Below, piece after piece: positions 20,414 to 30,242 of a stretch of DNA of 64,000 bases (position 1 is its first letter; each line of letters starts with the position of its first letter). The DNA comes from Geopsychrobacteraceae bacterium (GTDB lineage: Bacteria > Desulfobacterota > Desulfuromonadia > Desulfuromonadales > Geopsychrobacteraceae). The translations under genes were made by a program, and so were the position numbers. The DNA is taken from positions 96,001-160,000 of the forward strand of contig CAXXTB010000001.1 of the NCBI GenBank assembly GCA_963676795.2. Direction: 5' to 3'. Under the pieces are notes generated by a model. The model did not search any database. It was not told the DNA's origin and saw nothing but the letters and a program-made list of their open reading frames with translations.

Positions 20414-22127
20414 CGCCCCCCCTTTTCTGTGGCAGGCTCATCCGCACCAGGGTTCCGCCGCTGACCTGCGGAACAAATTCAAGGTTTCCGTCGTGCTCCT
20501 GGATAATCTGGGCCGAAACCGACAGCCCCAGCCCGGTACCACCCTCTTCGCGGCGCGTGGTAAAGAATGGATCGGTCAGCTGGGGCAGATGTTCAGGCGC
20601 AATGCCGCGCCCCTGATCCTCGACCTCAACGATCACCCGCTCCTGTGTAGCCCGGGTTCTGAGTATAATCGCCTGCCGGCGGTTTGCCAACGCCTGAGAA
20701 GCGTTGATCAGCAGGTTGACGATAACCTGCTCGAGGCGCTGGCCATGGCCGGTCACCAGCGGCAGCCCGGCGTCCAGTTCGATGTGCAACTGATCGGTCG
20801 CTTTTTTCAGCTGGTTCTCGACCAGTCGATAGGCGCTCATCGCCACCTGGTTGAGATCGACATCCTTGGCTTGGGCGACATCCTCGCGCCGGGCGAAGTT
20901 CTTCAGGTCCTCGACAATCCATTTGATCCGCCCGGAACTCTTGAGCATTTCTTCAAGCATCTCAGGGATTTCATCGCGCAGCTGCGACCAGGGAATGCGC
21001 GCGGCGCGGAAATTACCCTGCTGCGCATAGTGTTCTTCCAACAGCGGCTCGATATCACGCCAGATACGCTGCAACTGGGCCAGGTCGAGCAGTAGCATGC
21101 CGTTGGGATTGTTGATCTCATGGGCCACCCCCGAGACCAGCACGCCCAGAGAGGCGAGCTTGTCGGCCTGGATCAGTTGCTGCTGATGGCGCTTCAGCTC
21201 AGCCATCGCCCGCTCCCGCTCCCGGATCTGCTCCTTGAGCGCGGCCGTGCGCAAACGGACCTGACGGCGCAACAGGGCCGACCACAACAGGGCCAGCAAC
21301 AGGATAACAACCAGCGGGATCAGAATCGCCCCGCCGATGCGCAACACCCGGTTCAGTTCAAGCCCTTTCACTTCCGGCAGCGGACCGAGCCAGGCATTGA
21401 AGATCCGCCGGTACTCCCCCGACTGTTTGAGCAGGGCCAACCCTTCGGTCAACAGGGCGAGCATCTCCTGGTTACCGGCCTTGACGGCGAAGCCATAATC
21501 CTCGGCCAGCAACGGCCGACCGACCGCCTTGAGATTGGCGACCTGCAAGCGGCCGAGCAGGTACTCGCCGGCCAGTTTGCTGCCCAGTGCCGCATCATAA
21601 TCGCCGATCGCCAGCAGGCGCAGCGCGTCTTCCAGCGAATCGACAGCCACCGCCTCGACCTTGAGCTGCGGACGCTCAGCGAGGTAGCTGGCCATGACGC
21701 TGTCGCGCACCACCAGCACCTGCTGCCCGGCCAGGGCCTCGAGCGAAGCATAGGGGGAATCGCGCCGTACCCAGAGCGACTGAAAGACCTGGGCGTGCGG
21801 CGGGGTATAGTCGAATTCAAGTTGCCCCTGCTTGCTGTAAGGCACCCCGGAGAGGATATCGACCTGGCCGGTCAGCAGCTGACGGCGCAGCTCGTGCCAG
21901 GGGGCATAGCGGAAGACCACCTCGACCCCCATTGCCGCGCTGATAGCGCGTCCAAGCTCGACATTGAGACCGTCCGGTTCTCCGGAAAAACCGACAAATT
22001 CGTAAGGGGGAAAATCGGGATCACAGCCGATAACGACCGGCCTTTGCGGCAATGGATCAGCCATGACCGCGAGTGGCAGCAGCAGAAAAAGCAGCCGAAT
22101 TATGCAGAATAAACGCCCGTTGTTCAT
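20403..22127 (-). CDS. Sensor histidine kinase with periplasmic amino-acid-binding (SBP family 3) domain
   Basis: DPDFPPYEF...YGFAVKAG sensor domain, TM helix, H-box GVAHEINNP, N/G boxes and GTGLGL. Confidence 0.93.
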   Translation of the reverse strand: MNNGRLFCIIRLLFLLLPLAVMADPLPQRPVVIGCDPDFPPYEFVGFSGEPDGLNVELGRAISAAMGVEVVFRYAPWHELRRQLLTGQVDILSGVPYSKQGQLEFDYTPPHAQVFQSLWVRRDSPYASLEALAGQQVLVVRDSVMASYLAERPQLKVEAVAVDSLEDALRLLAIGDYDAALGSKLAGEYLLGRLQVANLKAVGRPLLAEDYGFAVKAGNQEMLALLTEGLALLKQSGEYRRIFNAWLGPLPEVKGLELNRVLRIGGAILIPLVVILLLALLWSALLRRQVRLRTAALKEQIRERERAMAELKRHQQQLIQADKLASLGVLVSGVAHEINNPNGMLLLDLAQLQRIWRDIEPLLEEHYAQQGNFRAARIPWSQLRDEIPEMLEEMLKSSGRIKWIVEDLKNFARREDVAQAKDVDLNQVAMSAYRLVENQLKKATDQLHIELDAGLPLVTGHGQRLEQVIVNLLINASQALANRRQAIILRTRATQERVIVEVEDQGRGIAPEHLPQLTDPFFTTRREEGGTGLGLSVSAQIIQEHDGNLEFVPQVSGGTLVRMSLPQKRGGDGA

Positions 22128-22178
22128 CGCCACATAGTCGATGAGCAACGGACCCTTGTCAATAGATTTGCGCTTGAA

Positions 22179-22361
22179 TCAGAGCGCCGATTCTTCAGCC
22201 ACAGTCACCGTTTCCCAACGGCGAAACTGCTTCTTCTCCAGCGCCAGGGAAAACAGCCAGGCGGAGACCAGTGCGGTCAGCGCCTGGCGGGTTAAGCCAC
22301 CGAGGAGAAAGATAATCAGGAGCGTCAGCAGCAGGACGGCCCTGACGGCCACGATCTTCTG
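22179..22361 (-). pseudogene. Probable orphan 3' fragment of a membrane protein gene
   Basis: GC-rich open frame QKIVAVRAVLLLTLLIIFLLGGLTRQALTALVSAWLFSLALEKKQFRRWETVTVAEESAL* with no SD, abutting an AT-rich stretch. Confidence 0.35.
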
Positions 22362-22699
22362 AGCACAACAAAACTATCTCTTTCTCCTTGAGAATATAAA
22401 ATATAGAAATAAGCATTCACACATAAAGCTATGTGCAATAGAAATTAACTCCCATTTCGTTAGCTCAGGGTTAGATTCCGGTTAAATTATTCACAGTGCC
22501 AAAAATCCTCAGGAAGTTTTCACACTACGTTGATATTTCACAACAAATATCTTTTATTCAGCAAAAAGTGGTGGAATATTCCATGTCTTTAATCTATCCT
22601 GAGTGGCGTTTTTCTTCCCCCGTCTTCATGATCAAAATCGTCAGCAAGAACAGGGGGCAGCCATTATCACAACTTATTATTTGATTCAGGAGGGTACCG

Positions 22700-23209
22700 A
22701 TGAAAAAGTTTTTGACCTTGCCAGTCCTTTTGTTTGTCCTGCTGCTTTTCGTTGGCTGTAACAGCCAGACAGCTCAGGTCTCGCCACAGAAACAATCGCA
22801 AAAGCCGATCGCCGTTCTTATCGATGACGGCAACCTTGAAGGGCAGACCGCAGATCAGAGAGCCGAACTCGACAGGGTTCTGCAGTGGATGGAAAGAGAC
22901 ATCGTCAAACAGCTGAGCCGAGCCGGTTTCGATGCGAAACTGCTGAACAGCAAAAAAGAGTTTCAGGCAGAGATGGGCGTCATGTGGAAAATGACGGTCA
23001 AGAATTTCAATGCGGGCAACCGTGCCCTGCGTGCCTTCGTCGGTTATGGCGCCGGAGCTTCATCTCTGGATATGACCTATACCCTGGTTGATGCCAAGGG
23101 TAAAAAAATTGAGCAGTGGGATGACGGTGTCGGCTCATCCAAGGGCGGAACCTACTGTGCCCAGACACTCAACAGACGTAATGTCAAGCGTCTCGCTGAC
23201 AGCCTCTGA
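22700..23209 (+). CDS. Lipoprotein, DUF4410-like
   Basis: Lipobox FVGC; GNRALRAFVGYGAG motif; AGGAGG SD. Confidence 0.75.
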   Translation: MKKFLTLPVLLFVLLLFVGCNSQTAQVSPQKQSQKPIAVLIDDGNLEGQTADQRAELDRVLQWMERDIVKQLSRAGFDAKLLNSKKEFQAEMGVMWKMTVKNFNAGNRALRAFVGYGAGASSLDMTYTLVDAKGKKIEQWDDGVGSSKGGTYCAQTLNRRNVKRLADSL

Positions 23210-23255
23210 ACGAGAGGCTGAGGATAAAAAATCGGGCGAAAACGACGTTCAACAG

Positions 23256-23288
23256 GCTGGTTCCGCCAACAGGAACCAGCTTTTTTTT
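23256..23288 (+). terminator. Intrinsic terminator
   Basis: GCTGGTTCC-GCCAACA-GGAACCAGC followed by T8. Confidence 0.85.
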
Positions 23289-23384
23289 GTCCGGCGCTTT
23301 TCCTTTGCGGAACCTTTCTTATACAATTGACAGAAATGATCAGGAACAATAACAGGCCCTTCTGCCATAAGAAAGCGATCCGCC

Positions 23385-24658
23385 ATGGGTATCATCGACG
23401 ACCTTCTTGCGCATATTGAACTGCCACGCATGATTCGCGTCAGGCAACTGTTTGACAGCACATCTGTCAGCGACATTGCGGCAGAGATTCACAATCAATT
23501 GGCCTCATTCAACGCAACTCAGCCACTCCGTCCCGGCATGAGAATCGCCCTGGCGGTCGGCAGCCGTGGCATGAACCGCCTGCCGGAGCTGGTCAGTGCA
23601 CTTGTCTGCGAATTGCGCCGCTATGGTGCCGAACCTTTCATCGTCCCGGCGATGGGGAGTCACGGTGGAGCAACTGCCGAAGGACAACTGGACGTGCTGG
23701 AAGCCCTGGGCGTTACAGAAACCAGCGCGGGTTGCCCGATCATCTCTTCGATGGAGGTGGTAGAGATCGACCGCCTTGAAAATGGCCTACCGGTGCTGAT
23801 GGACAAAGCGGCGCTGCAGGCTGACGGCATCGTCATCATCAACCGGATCAAGCCGCACACCAGTTTCAGCGGCCCGATCGAAAGCGGCCTGGTCAAAATG
23901 CTCTCCATCGGCCTGGGGAAGCAGAAGGGGGCCGATTCCTGCCACGCCATGGGTTTCGGCAGCATGGTGGAAAACATCGTCACCATGGCTGAAATCAAGA
24001 TCGCCAAAACACCAATCCTGTTCGGCGTAGCGACCATCGAAACGCTTATGACAAGATCTGCAAAATTGCACTGCTCCCGGCGGCCAGAATCGTCGAAGAG
24101 GAACCGGCTCTGCTGGCTGAAGCACGTCAGGCGATGCCACGCATCCTGTTTAATCCGCTTGATGTGCTGGTCGTCGACCGGATGGGCAAGAACTACTCAG
24201 GCACCGGTACCGACCCCAACATCACCGGCCGCGCCGCCACCCCCTTTGTTCGGGCCGAGCAGAAGATCAACAAGATGGCGATTCTCGACCTCAGTGAACC
24301 GAGTCACGGCAACGCCACCGGGGTCGGCCTGGCCGACATCTGTACCCGGCGCCTGGTCGACAAGATCAACTTTGACGCGACCTATGCCAACCACATCACC
24401 TCGACCGAACTGAGTCACGGCAAAATCCCGCTGACCATGAACAACGACCGCCTCGCCATCCAGCTGGCGGTCAAGACCTGCAACGTCCTGGATCCAGCGC
24501 AACTGAGACTGGTCAGAATTCCCAATACCCTGGAACTGGGGACGATCATGATTTCGGAAGGATTATTGGCAGAAGCGCAGGCCCATCCCCAGATTGAAAT
24601 TCTGGGGGGCTCGCAGGGCTGGGAATTTGATAGCGAAGGCAATCTGAAAGATCTTTAG
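23385..24658 (+). pseudogene. LarA-like (lactate racemase domain/DUF2088) protein, frameshifted near 24040
   Basis: GSRG, PAMGSHGGATAEGQ, NRIKPHT, GLGKQKGA. One extra A at 24040-24042 restores ATIENAYDK and joins the two ORFs into about 424 aa. Confidence 0.8.
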
Positions 24659-24804
24659 AACATAAATAAAAAAATCTACCCAAAAGCCTCCAAACAACGA
24701 GTTGTAAAAAGATCAAGGGCTTAGGACGTAAAGCGAAGCCGCATCCGGCTCCGCTTTAACGATGAATAATGGTCAGGAAAAAGCTTTAGCACGATTCCTG
24801 TCGT

Positions 24805-25656
24805 TTAAAGATGGGCCTTTACCAGTTGACGCAGTGGCCGAGTTGGGTGACCTATCAGTTTGCTGAGCACATGGCTGTCATCAAACAGAGCCCCTTGGGA
24901 TGCACCTGCATCTGAGTCTGCCAGCACACCGGCCAATGGTGCCGGCAGCCCGGCTTCTTCGAGTGCCTGAGCAAAATCAGCCTCTTCCATATTGATGTAT
25001 GGCACAGTCTTTCCGGATTCTTCACTAATGATTGTGCAAAATTCCGCCAAGGTATAGCTTTCATCACCTGCCAATTCATAAACCTTACCACTTTGAGAAC
25101 CTTCACCAGTAAGAACCACTGCTGCAGCCTCTGCATAATCTTCTCGAGCGGACGAACTGATTTTTCCCTCCTTTGCACAGCCAATGAAGCCTCCGTTTGC
25201 CAAAGATGGGGCAATACTGGCCAGATAGTTTTCCGTATACCAGCCATTACGTAACAGAACGTGGGGAATATCTACTTCTTTCAGATACGCTTCCGTCTCG
25301 AAATGTTCTTCTGCCAGTGCTAATGGAGACTTATCAGCATTCAACAGGCTCGTGTAAGCGACTAACTTCACTCCCGCCTGCTTCGCCGCACTAATCACAT
25401 TTTTGTGCTGGGACGTTCGTTGCCCCACTTCGCTGGATGAAATCAGCAGCAGCTTGGAAATACCCTCAAGAGCAGGTCCCAAAGTCTCGGGTTTAGAATA
25501 ATCGGCGTAGCGGATCTCAATGCCCAAAGTCTTCAAGGATTCAGCTTTTTCGACATTTCTCACCAGAGCAACAATCTGCTCTGCTACCGTTCTTTTCAGT
25601 AAATGTTTAATGACTAAGTGGCCCAACTGACCAGTCGCACCAGTAACTGCAATCAT
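24805..25656 (-). CDS. NAD(P)H:quinone oxidoreductase, NmrA-like SDR (YtfG/QorB type)
   Basis: MIAVTGATGQLG, LLLISSSEVGQR, LRNGWYTENY. Confidence 0.9.
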   Translation of the reverse strand: MIAVTGATGQLGHLVIKHLLKRTVAEQIVALVRNVEKAESLKTLGIEIRYADYSKPETLGPALEGISKLLLISSSEVGQRTSQHKNVISAAKQAGVKLVAYTSLLNADKSPLALAEEHFETEAYLKEVDIPHVLLRNGWYTENYLASIAPSLANGGFIGCAKEGKISSSAREDYAEAAAVVLTGEGSQSGKVYELAGDESYTLAEFCTIISEESGKTVPYINMEEADFAQALEEAGLPAPLAGVLADSDAGASQGALFDDSHVLSKLIGHPTRPLRQLVKAHL

Positions 25657-25713
25657 AGCTTTTCTCCTCTCGCTGTTATCAATTTACTCGACTAAGAGTA
25701 GCTTGCCACGTAA

Positions 25714-25748
25714 ACTTACGAATTGTAAGTACGCACTTTTTTGTAAGT
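25714..25748. promoter_or_regulatory. Candidate HxlR-family operator
   Basis: Palindrome ACTTAC-GAATT-GTAAGT followed by GCACTTTTTTGTAAGT, between the divergent oxidoreductase and regulator. Confidence 0.55.
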
Positions 25749-25777
25749 GTTATTTTTTTCTGATGGAGGTGTCAGAC

Positions 25778-26200
25778 ATGAATAAATTAGCGGAACAAAA
25801 GGTGAATGCTTCCCTGACAGACAAGTTAAGCCGGGGAAATGTGCTGGCCAAGGAATGCCCGTCACGCAGCATTTTACAGGATGTGACCAATCGGTGGGGG
25901 GTGCTGGTCCTGTTTTCACTCCTTGGCGGTACTTACCGCTTCAATGAACTGCGAAAAAAAATCACCGGCATCAGTGAAAAAATGCTGTCACAAACGTTAC
26001 AGGCATTAGAGGCAGACGGATTTGTTTTACGCATTGCTCATCCTGTCATTCCGCCCCATGTCGAGTATCAACTGACGGATCAGGGTAAAGTCATCGCTGG
26101 TAAAGTTGAAGATCTTGTCAACTGGATTGAAGTGAATCTAGAAGATATTCTCAGCTCGCAAAAGAGCTATGACGACCGCAAAACAAGAAAGGAAAGTTAA
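25778..26200 (+). CDS. HxlR-family redox-sensing transcriptional regulator (YtfH/QorR type)
   Basis: CPSRSIL, RWGVLVL, GISEKMLSQTL, PPHVEYQLT; GGAGG SD before ATG 25778. Confidence 0.92.
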   Translation: MNKLAEQKVNASLTDKLSRGNVLAKECPSRSILQDVTNRWGVLVLFSLLGGTYRFNELRKKITGISEKMLSQTLQALEADGFVLRIAHPVIPPHVEYQLTDQGKVIAGKVEDLVNWIEVNLEDILSSQKSYDDRKTRKES

Positions 26201-26239
26201 GCACGCAAAGTTTTCAAAAGAAGTTACACAGATACAGAA

Positions 26240-27058
26240 TCAGAGATATGTTTTGCCGCCGATATAGGTGCGCTTGAAATAGGTGCTGTTGAGACTGGCA
26301 ACCCGTACGGTCTTGCCCGGGCGTGGGGCGTGAATAAACTGTCCATCGCCGATATACATGCCGACGTGGGTAACCCTCGTCCCACCTTTGGTCGCAAAGA
26401 AGACCAGGTCCCCCTTTTGCAGCTGAGCCTTCTTGACGCTGGTCCCGGCATCAAACTGGGCCCGGGAGTTACGCGGCAGATCCAGCCCGTTAAGGCGATA
26501 ACTGACCATCATCAATCCACTGCAGTCAAAACCGGTCTTTTCGCTCTCGCCCCCCCAGCGGTAGGGAACACCAAGAAAACGGCTGGTGGTTTTGACCAGT
26601 TCGTCACGCAGATCTCCGCTTCCGCTTTTCTCGATACGGACAACGGCATAATCTTCGGGCAGCACAATGAAGAAACGCTCGATCAGCCCCTGGCTCTGCA
26701 ACTCCTGAGCATAGGTGCGGGCCTGATCGTATTGGGTATAGTTGCCGAAACGGACCTTGTAGAGTCCCGATTCGTGAAGGAAGTAATAGGCGTCGATACC
26801 GCGATTCTTGAGCATGGCTTCAAACTGGACCGCGTTGTCCAATTGACCGAAGGCCCCCACCTGAATGGAAAAGCCAAGTGTTTCAAGCGGCTTCTTGACC
26901 TGTTGAGTGATAACCTCCGCCAGGAGATCTTCGGCCTCCCGAACCATCACAGAACCGCTGTCAGAGACAGAGACAGCGTCATCCGACTGAATCATCGGCG
27001 TCCTGGGCGTACAGGAACAGACAAACAACAAAAACAGGAGCAGAAGGCGCAGTATCAT
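26240..27058 (-). CDS. SPOR + NlpC/P60 peptidoglycan endopeptidase, probable lipoprotein
   Basis: IQVGAF SPOR motif; GVPYRWGG, FDCSG, GDLVFF, HVGMYIG. Confidence 0.9.
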   Translation of the reverse strand: MILRLLLLFLLFVCSCTPRTPMIQSDDAVSVSDSGSVMVREAEDLLAEVITQQVKKPLETLGFSIQVGAFGQLDNAVQFEAMLKNRGIDAYYFLHESGLYKVRFGNYTQYDQARTYAQELQSQGLIERFFIVLPEDYAVVRIEKSGSGDLRDELVKTTSRFLGVPYRWGGESEKTGFDCSGLMMVSYRLNGLDLPRNSRAQFDAGTSVKKAQLQKGDLVFFATKGGTRVTHVGMYIGDGQFIHAPRPGKTVRVASLNSTYFKRTYIGGKTYL

Positions 27059-27088
27059 TGATTCCGTGACTGTGACAGAGGTTTGCGA

Positions 27089-27448
27089 CTATGATTGAAT
27101 ACAGTTCGCTAATTCTATATCAAAATCGATGATATGTAACAACAGGATAGAACGGATCTCTTCAGCCAGGGAATGTCCCGATCGCTTCCCCTGCCCGACC
27201 TCGTCAAGAGCATTCTGCAGTAAGTTGCTCAAACGCTGGTGCTCGTCGCGGTGCTTTTGCGGGAATTGCCCCCCCAGCGACTCGATGACATGAATTTCGT
27301 GGTCAAAGTGGCGGATCAACCCCTGAACGATCTGTTCAAGATAACCTTCATTTTCCGGAGAGGAAAAATAATGCAGCAACAGGAGATCCACATTGTTGTG
27401 GTCCACATCGATCTCGAGAATCCCGACTTTGGTCGCCCCGTACCACAT
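27089..27448 (-). CDS. Hemerythrin-like protein
   Basis: GILEIDVDH...HFDHE...HRDEH...HIIDFD matches the H/HxxxE/HxxxH/HxxxxD ligand pattern. Confidence 0.75.
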   Translation of the reverse strand: MWYGATKVGILEIDVDHNNVDLLLLHYFSSPENEGYLEQIVQGLIRHFDHEIHVIESLGGQFPQKHRDEHQRLSNLLQNALDEVGQGKRSGHSLAEEIRSILLLHIIDFDIELANCIQS

Positions 27449-27630
27449 AACCCCTCGTCAGATGAATATCAGTATCAGTAAAATTATTGCATTGAGTATA
27501 TCAGCTTCCTCTGATTTCGCTCTGAATAGCGGACATTACTGTCCGCATTTTTTACATCAGCCCCAGCCGCTTGCGTAAAAGCGGGAACAACGTTTAAATA
27601 TGGGAAAGAAACCAGGGAGCAGCAGGCATT

Positions 27631-28722
27631 ATGAAACCGTACAAAATCTTTGCTAGCGACATTGAAAACAGCGCCCTCGATCAGTTCTACAGCGCTCTCA
27701 AGCAAGACTTCAGTGTCCGTGGCGCGCTGATGCCGGACGCCCACACCGGCTATTCGCTACCGATCGGGGCCGTTGTCGCCACCACCGGCGTGATCCTGCC
27801 GGCCTGGGTCGGATATGACATCGGCTGCGGCATGTGCGCGGTGCCGACCAGCTTCAAGCGCAGTGCTATTGAACAAAACGCCGAAAAGATCTTCAAAAGC
27901 CTCTACTGCGCCATTCCAACCGGCTTTGCCCACAACAAAAATGACAGCAGCTGGGACTGCAAACACCTGCCACACAGCAAAATGCTCGCCGAGCTGTTCA
28001 ACAAGAACGGCCCCAAACAGCTCGGCTCCCTCGGCTCAGGCAATCATTTCATCGAGATCGGCTACGACGAGGAACAGCGTATCTGGATTATCATCCACTC
28101 GGGATCGCGCAATATCGGTCACTCGGTCGCTACCCACTACATGAAGCTGGCTGCCGGCGGTAAGGCCAGGGAAGGCCATTTCGGCTTTGCGACAGACAGC
28201 AAGGAAGGACGCAACTACATCATCGACCAGGCCTTCTGCCTTGAATTCGCCCTGGCCAACCGCTATGAGCTGATCCGCCGCACTGTCCGCGAGATTCAGC
28301 ATTACTGTTGCGGCGACGCCGAGTGGAGCCTGCTGATCAACCGCAACCATAATCACGCTGAACAGAAGGGGGACTGGTGGATTCACCGCAAGGGCGCGAC
28401 CCACGCCGAAGCGGGGATGACGGGGGTGATTCCCGGCAACATGCGCGACGGCTCTTTTATTGTCGAAGGCAGAGGGAACGCCGAAGCGCTCTGGTCAAGT
28501 TCGCACGGGGCGGGGCGCTCAATGGGCCGCAAGGAAGCCAAGCGCCAGATCAAGATGAAGCAGTTTTCCGACAGCATGTACGGCATCACCGCCAGGGTCG
28601 AACCTGCAACCCTCGACGAAGCGCCCTTCGCCTACAAGAACATCAACAGGGTCATGGAGCTGCAGAAGGAGCTGGTCATCGTCCGCCACCATGTCACCCC
28701 GCTGATCAATATCAAGGGCTGA
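27631..28722 (+). CDS. rtcB: RtcB family RNA ligase
   Basis: MPDAH, VGYDIGCGM, GSGNHFIE, HSGSR, NHN, HRKGAT, SHGAGR, DEAPFAYK and C-terminal KG. Confidence 0.95.
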   Translation: MKPYKIFASDIENSALDQFYSALKQDFSVRGALMPDAHTGYSLPIGAVVATTGVILPAWVGYDIGCGMCAVPTSFKRSAIEQNAEKIFKSLYCAIPTGFAHNKNDSSWDCKHLPHSKMLAELFNKNGPKQLGSLGSGNHFIEIGYDEEQRIWIIIHSGSRNIGHSVATHYMKLAAGGKAREGHFGFATDSKEGRNYIIDQAFCLEFALANRYELIRRTVREIQHYCCGDAEWSLLINRNHNHAEQKGDWWIHRKGATHAEAGMTGVIPGNMRDGSFIVEGRGNAEALWSSSHGAGRSMGRKEAKRQIKMKQFSDSMYGITARVEPATLDEAPFAYKNINRVMELQKELVIVRHHVTPLINIKG

Positions 28723-28775
28723 GTTTAAAATCGATCATACGTTCTGCTCGTTTAATGATATAGTTTTCTCTATAT

Positions 28776-28955
28776 TAGTTGCCATCCGGAAACTTCGGAG
28801 GGCAACGCGTAAGTTTTCAGATTGGAAACGAGAATTTTTTTGTCATAGCAAGAAAATCAAGGGTTTGTGCGGAGGCGTAGTACTTTACGCCGCACAAGCA
28901 AACCCGCAGATTGACGCTGCTATGGCGAAAAAGGGCCGTTTCAGGATGAAAGCTA
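28776..28955 (+). mobile_element. Family B MITE-like element (~180 bp), copy 1
   Basis: Imperfect terminal inverted repeats TAGTTGCCATCCGGAAAC / GTTTCAGGATGAAAGCTA, internal TGCGGAGGCGTAGTACTTTACGCCGCACA; homologous copies at 47744 and 53043. Confidence 0.75.
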
Positions 28956-28982
28956 TATTAGATTTCAAGGCGGAGGAAACAT

Positions 28983-30137
28983 ATGAAGACCTGGGGTTCC
29001 ATTGTCGTAACACTGGCGTTTGTCATTATTGCCTCGATTGTTTCGGTCAACCTGTGGTCCGAAAAAGAGGAAACCATCCCGGAAGCCGTTGCTCTGCAAC
29101 TGAATGAGCAGATGACGGTCGCTCAGTTCGGCGAGGTGAACGGCCTCGAGAAACCGGTCCTCAAAGAGGTTTTCGGCCTGAGTTCGCCGGATCAGATGCA
29201 GCAGCCGATCAGCGCTTTCGGCATGTCGCTGGAGCAGGTCGCCGAGAAGGTCGGCAAGAAGCAGGCCCTGGCGGAAGAGAGCGCCAGCAAGAACTGGTTC
29301 AAGATCCCGCTCAAGTTCGCCCTCTGGTTTATCTTTATGATTCTCTGCTTTGTCCTGCTGCTGAAACGTAGGATCAACAAAAAGACCCGGCTGGTCCTCT
29401 ATGGCTGCGGCTTCACCCTGTTCGGAGTGATCCTCGGCGCCGACCCGAGCCCGATGGGGACGGTCAAGGACGCCATCGTTCTCTATGCGTCGCATGGCGT
29501 TGTCTTCATGCCGCGCCTGATCGCCTTCCTGATCTTTATGGCGACGGTCATCCTGGCCAATAAGTTCATCTGCTCCTGGGGCTGCCAGATCGGCACATTG
29601 CAGGACTTCATCTTCCGCCTCAATCGCAATGCCAAAGACTCCGGCGCGGGAAGCCTCCCGCAATTCAGGATCCCCTTTGTGATCAGCAACAGCATCCGCG
29701 TGCTGTTCTTCATCGCCCTGATCTGGGTCGCCTTCACCTGGGGCACCGACCTGACCCATGAGATCGATCCGTTCAAGATCTTCAAACCGCTGGTCATCGG
29801 TCTTTTCGGCGGCATCTTCATCCTCGCCATCATGATCCTGAGCCTTTTCACCTACCGCCCCTGGTGCCACCTGTTCTGCCCCTTCGGCCTGACCGGTTGG
29901 GTGGTTGAGAAGGTCAGTCTGTTCCGCATCAAGGTCAACTACGACGCCTGCATCTCTTGCCATGCCTGTGAAAAGGCCTGCCCGAGCACGGTCATGGGCG
30001 CGATCCTCAAGCAGGACAAAGTGACTATCCCGGACTGCTTCTCCTGTGGGAACTGTATCGAATCCTGCCCGACCGACGCGGTCAGCTTCAGCATCGGCCG
30101 CAGAAGCAAACCGCCGGAAGACAAGTTTCAGGAATAA
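28983..30137 (+). CDS. Membrane-bound 4Fe-4S protein (NapH/MauN-like)
   Basis: TM helices, CSWGCQ and WCHLFCPFG motifs, two C-terminal CxxCxxCxxxCP; GGAGG SD. Confidence 0.85.
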   Translation: MKTWGSIVVTLAFVIIASIVSVNLWSEKEETIPEAVALQLNEQMTVAQFGEVNGLEKPVLKEVFGLSSPDQMQQPISAFGMSLEQVAEKVGKKQALAEESASKNWFKIPLKFALWFIFMILCFVLLLKRRINKKTRLVLYGCGFTLFGVILGADPSPMGTVKDAIVLYASHGVVFMPRLIAFLIFMATVILANKFICSWGCQIGTLQDFIFRLNRNAKDSGAGSLPQFRIPFVISNSIRVLFFIALIWVAFTWGTDLTHEIDPFKIFKPLVIGLFGGIFILAIMILSLFTYRPWCHLFCPFGLTGWVVEKVSLFRIKVNYDACISCHACEKACPSTVMGAILKQDKVTIPDCFSCGNCIESCPTDAVSFSIGRRSKPPEDKFQE

Positions 30138-30166
30138 ACATATTGAACAGGTCCAGCCTCCAGGAA

Positions 30167-30203
30167 CCCCTCTCCCGTCGGGGAGAGGGGCAGGAGTGAG
30201 GGG
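30167..30203. repeat. CCCTCTCCC-type REP hairpin (family C)
   Basis: CCCCTCTCCCGTCGGGGAGAGGGGCAGGAGTGAGGGG; the core is identical to the one at 17571. Confidence 0.75.
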
Positions 30204-30242
30204 CAATTTCCATGGAGCACAGCGGTGACTTACAGATAACAG

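Noticed and set aside
24730..24759. Hairpin TAAAGCG-AAGCCG..CGGCT-CCGCTTTA as an attC site
   Set aside because: It lacks attC core sites and is more simply a terminator-like hairpin between convergent genes.
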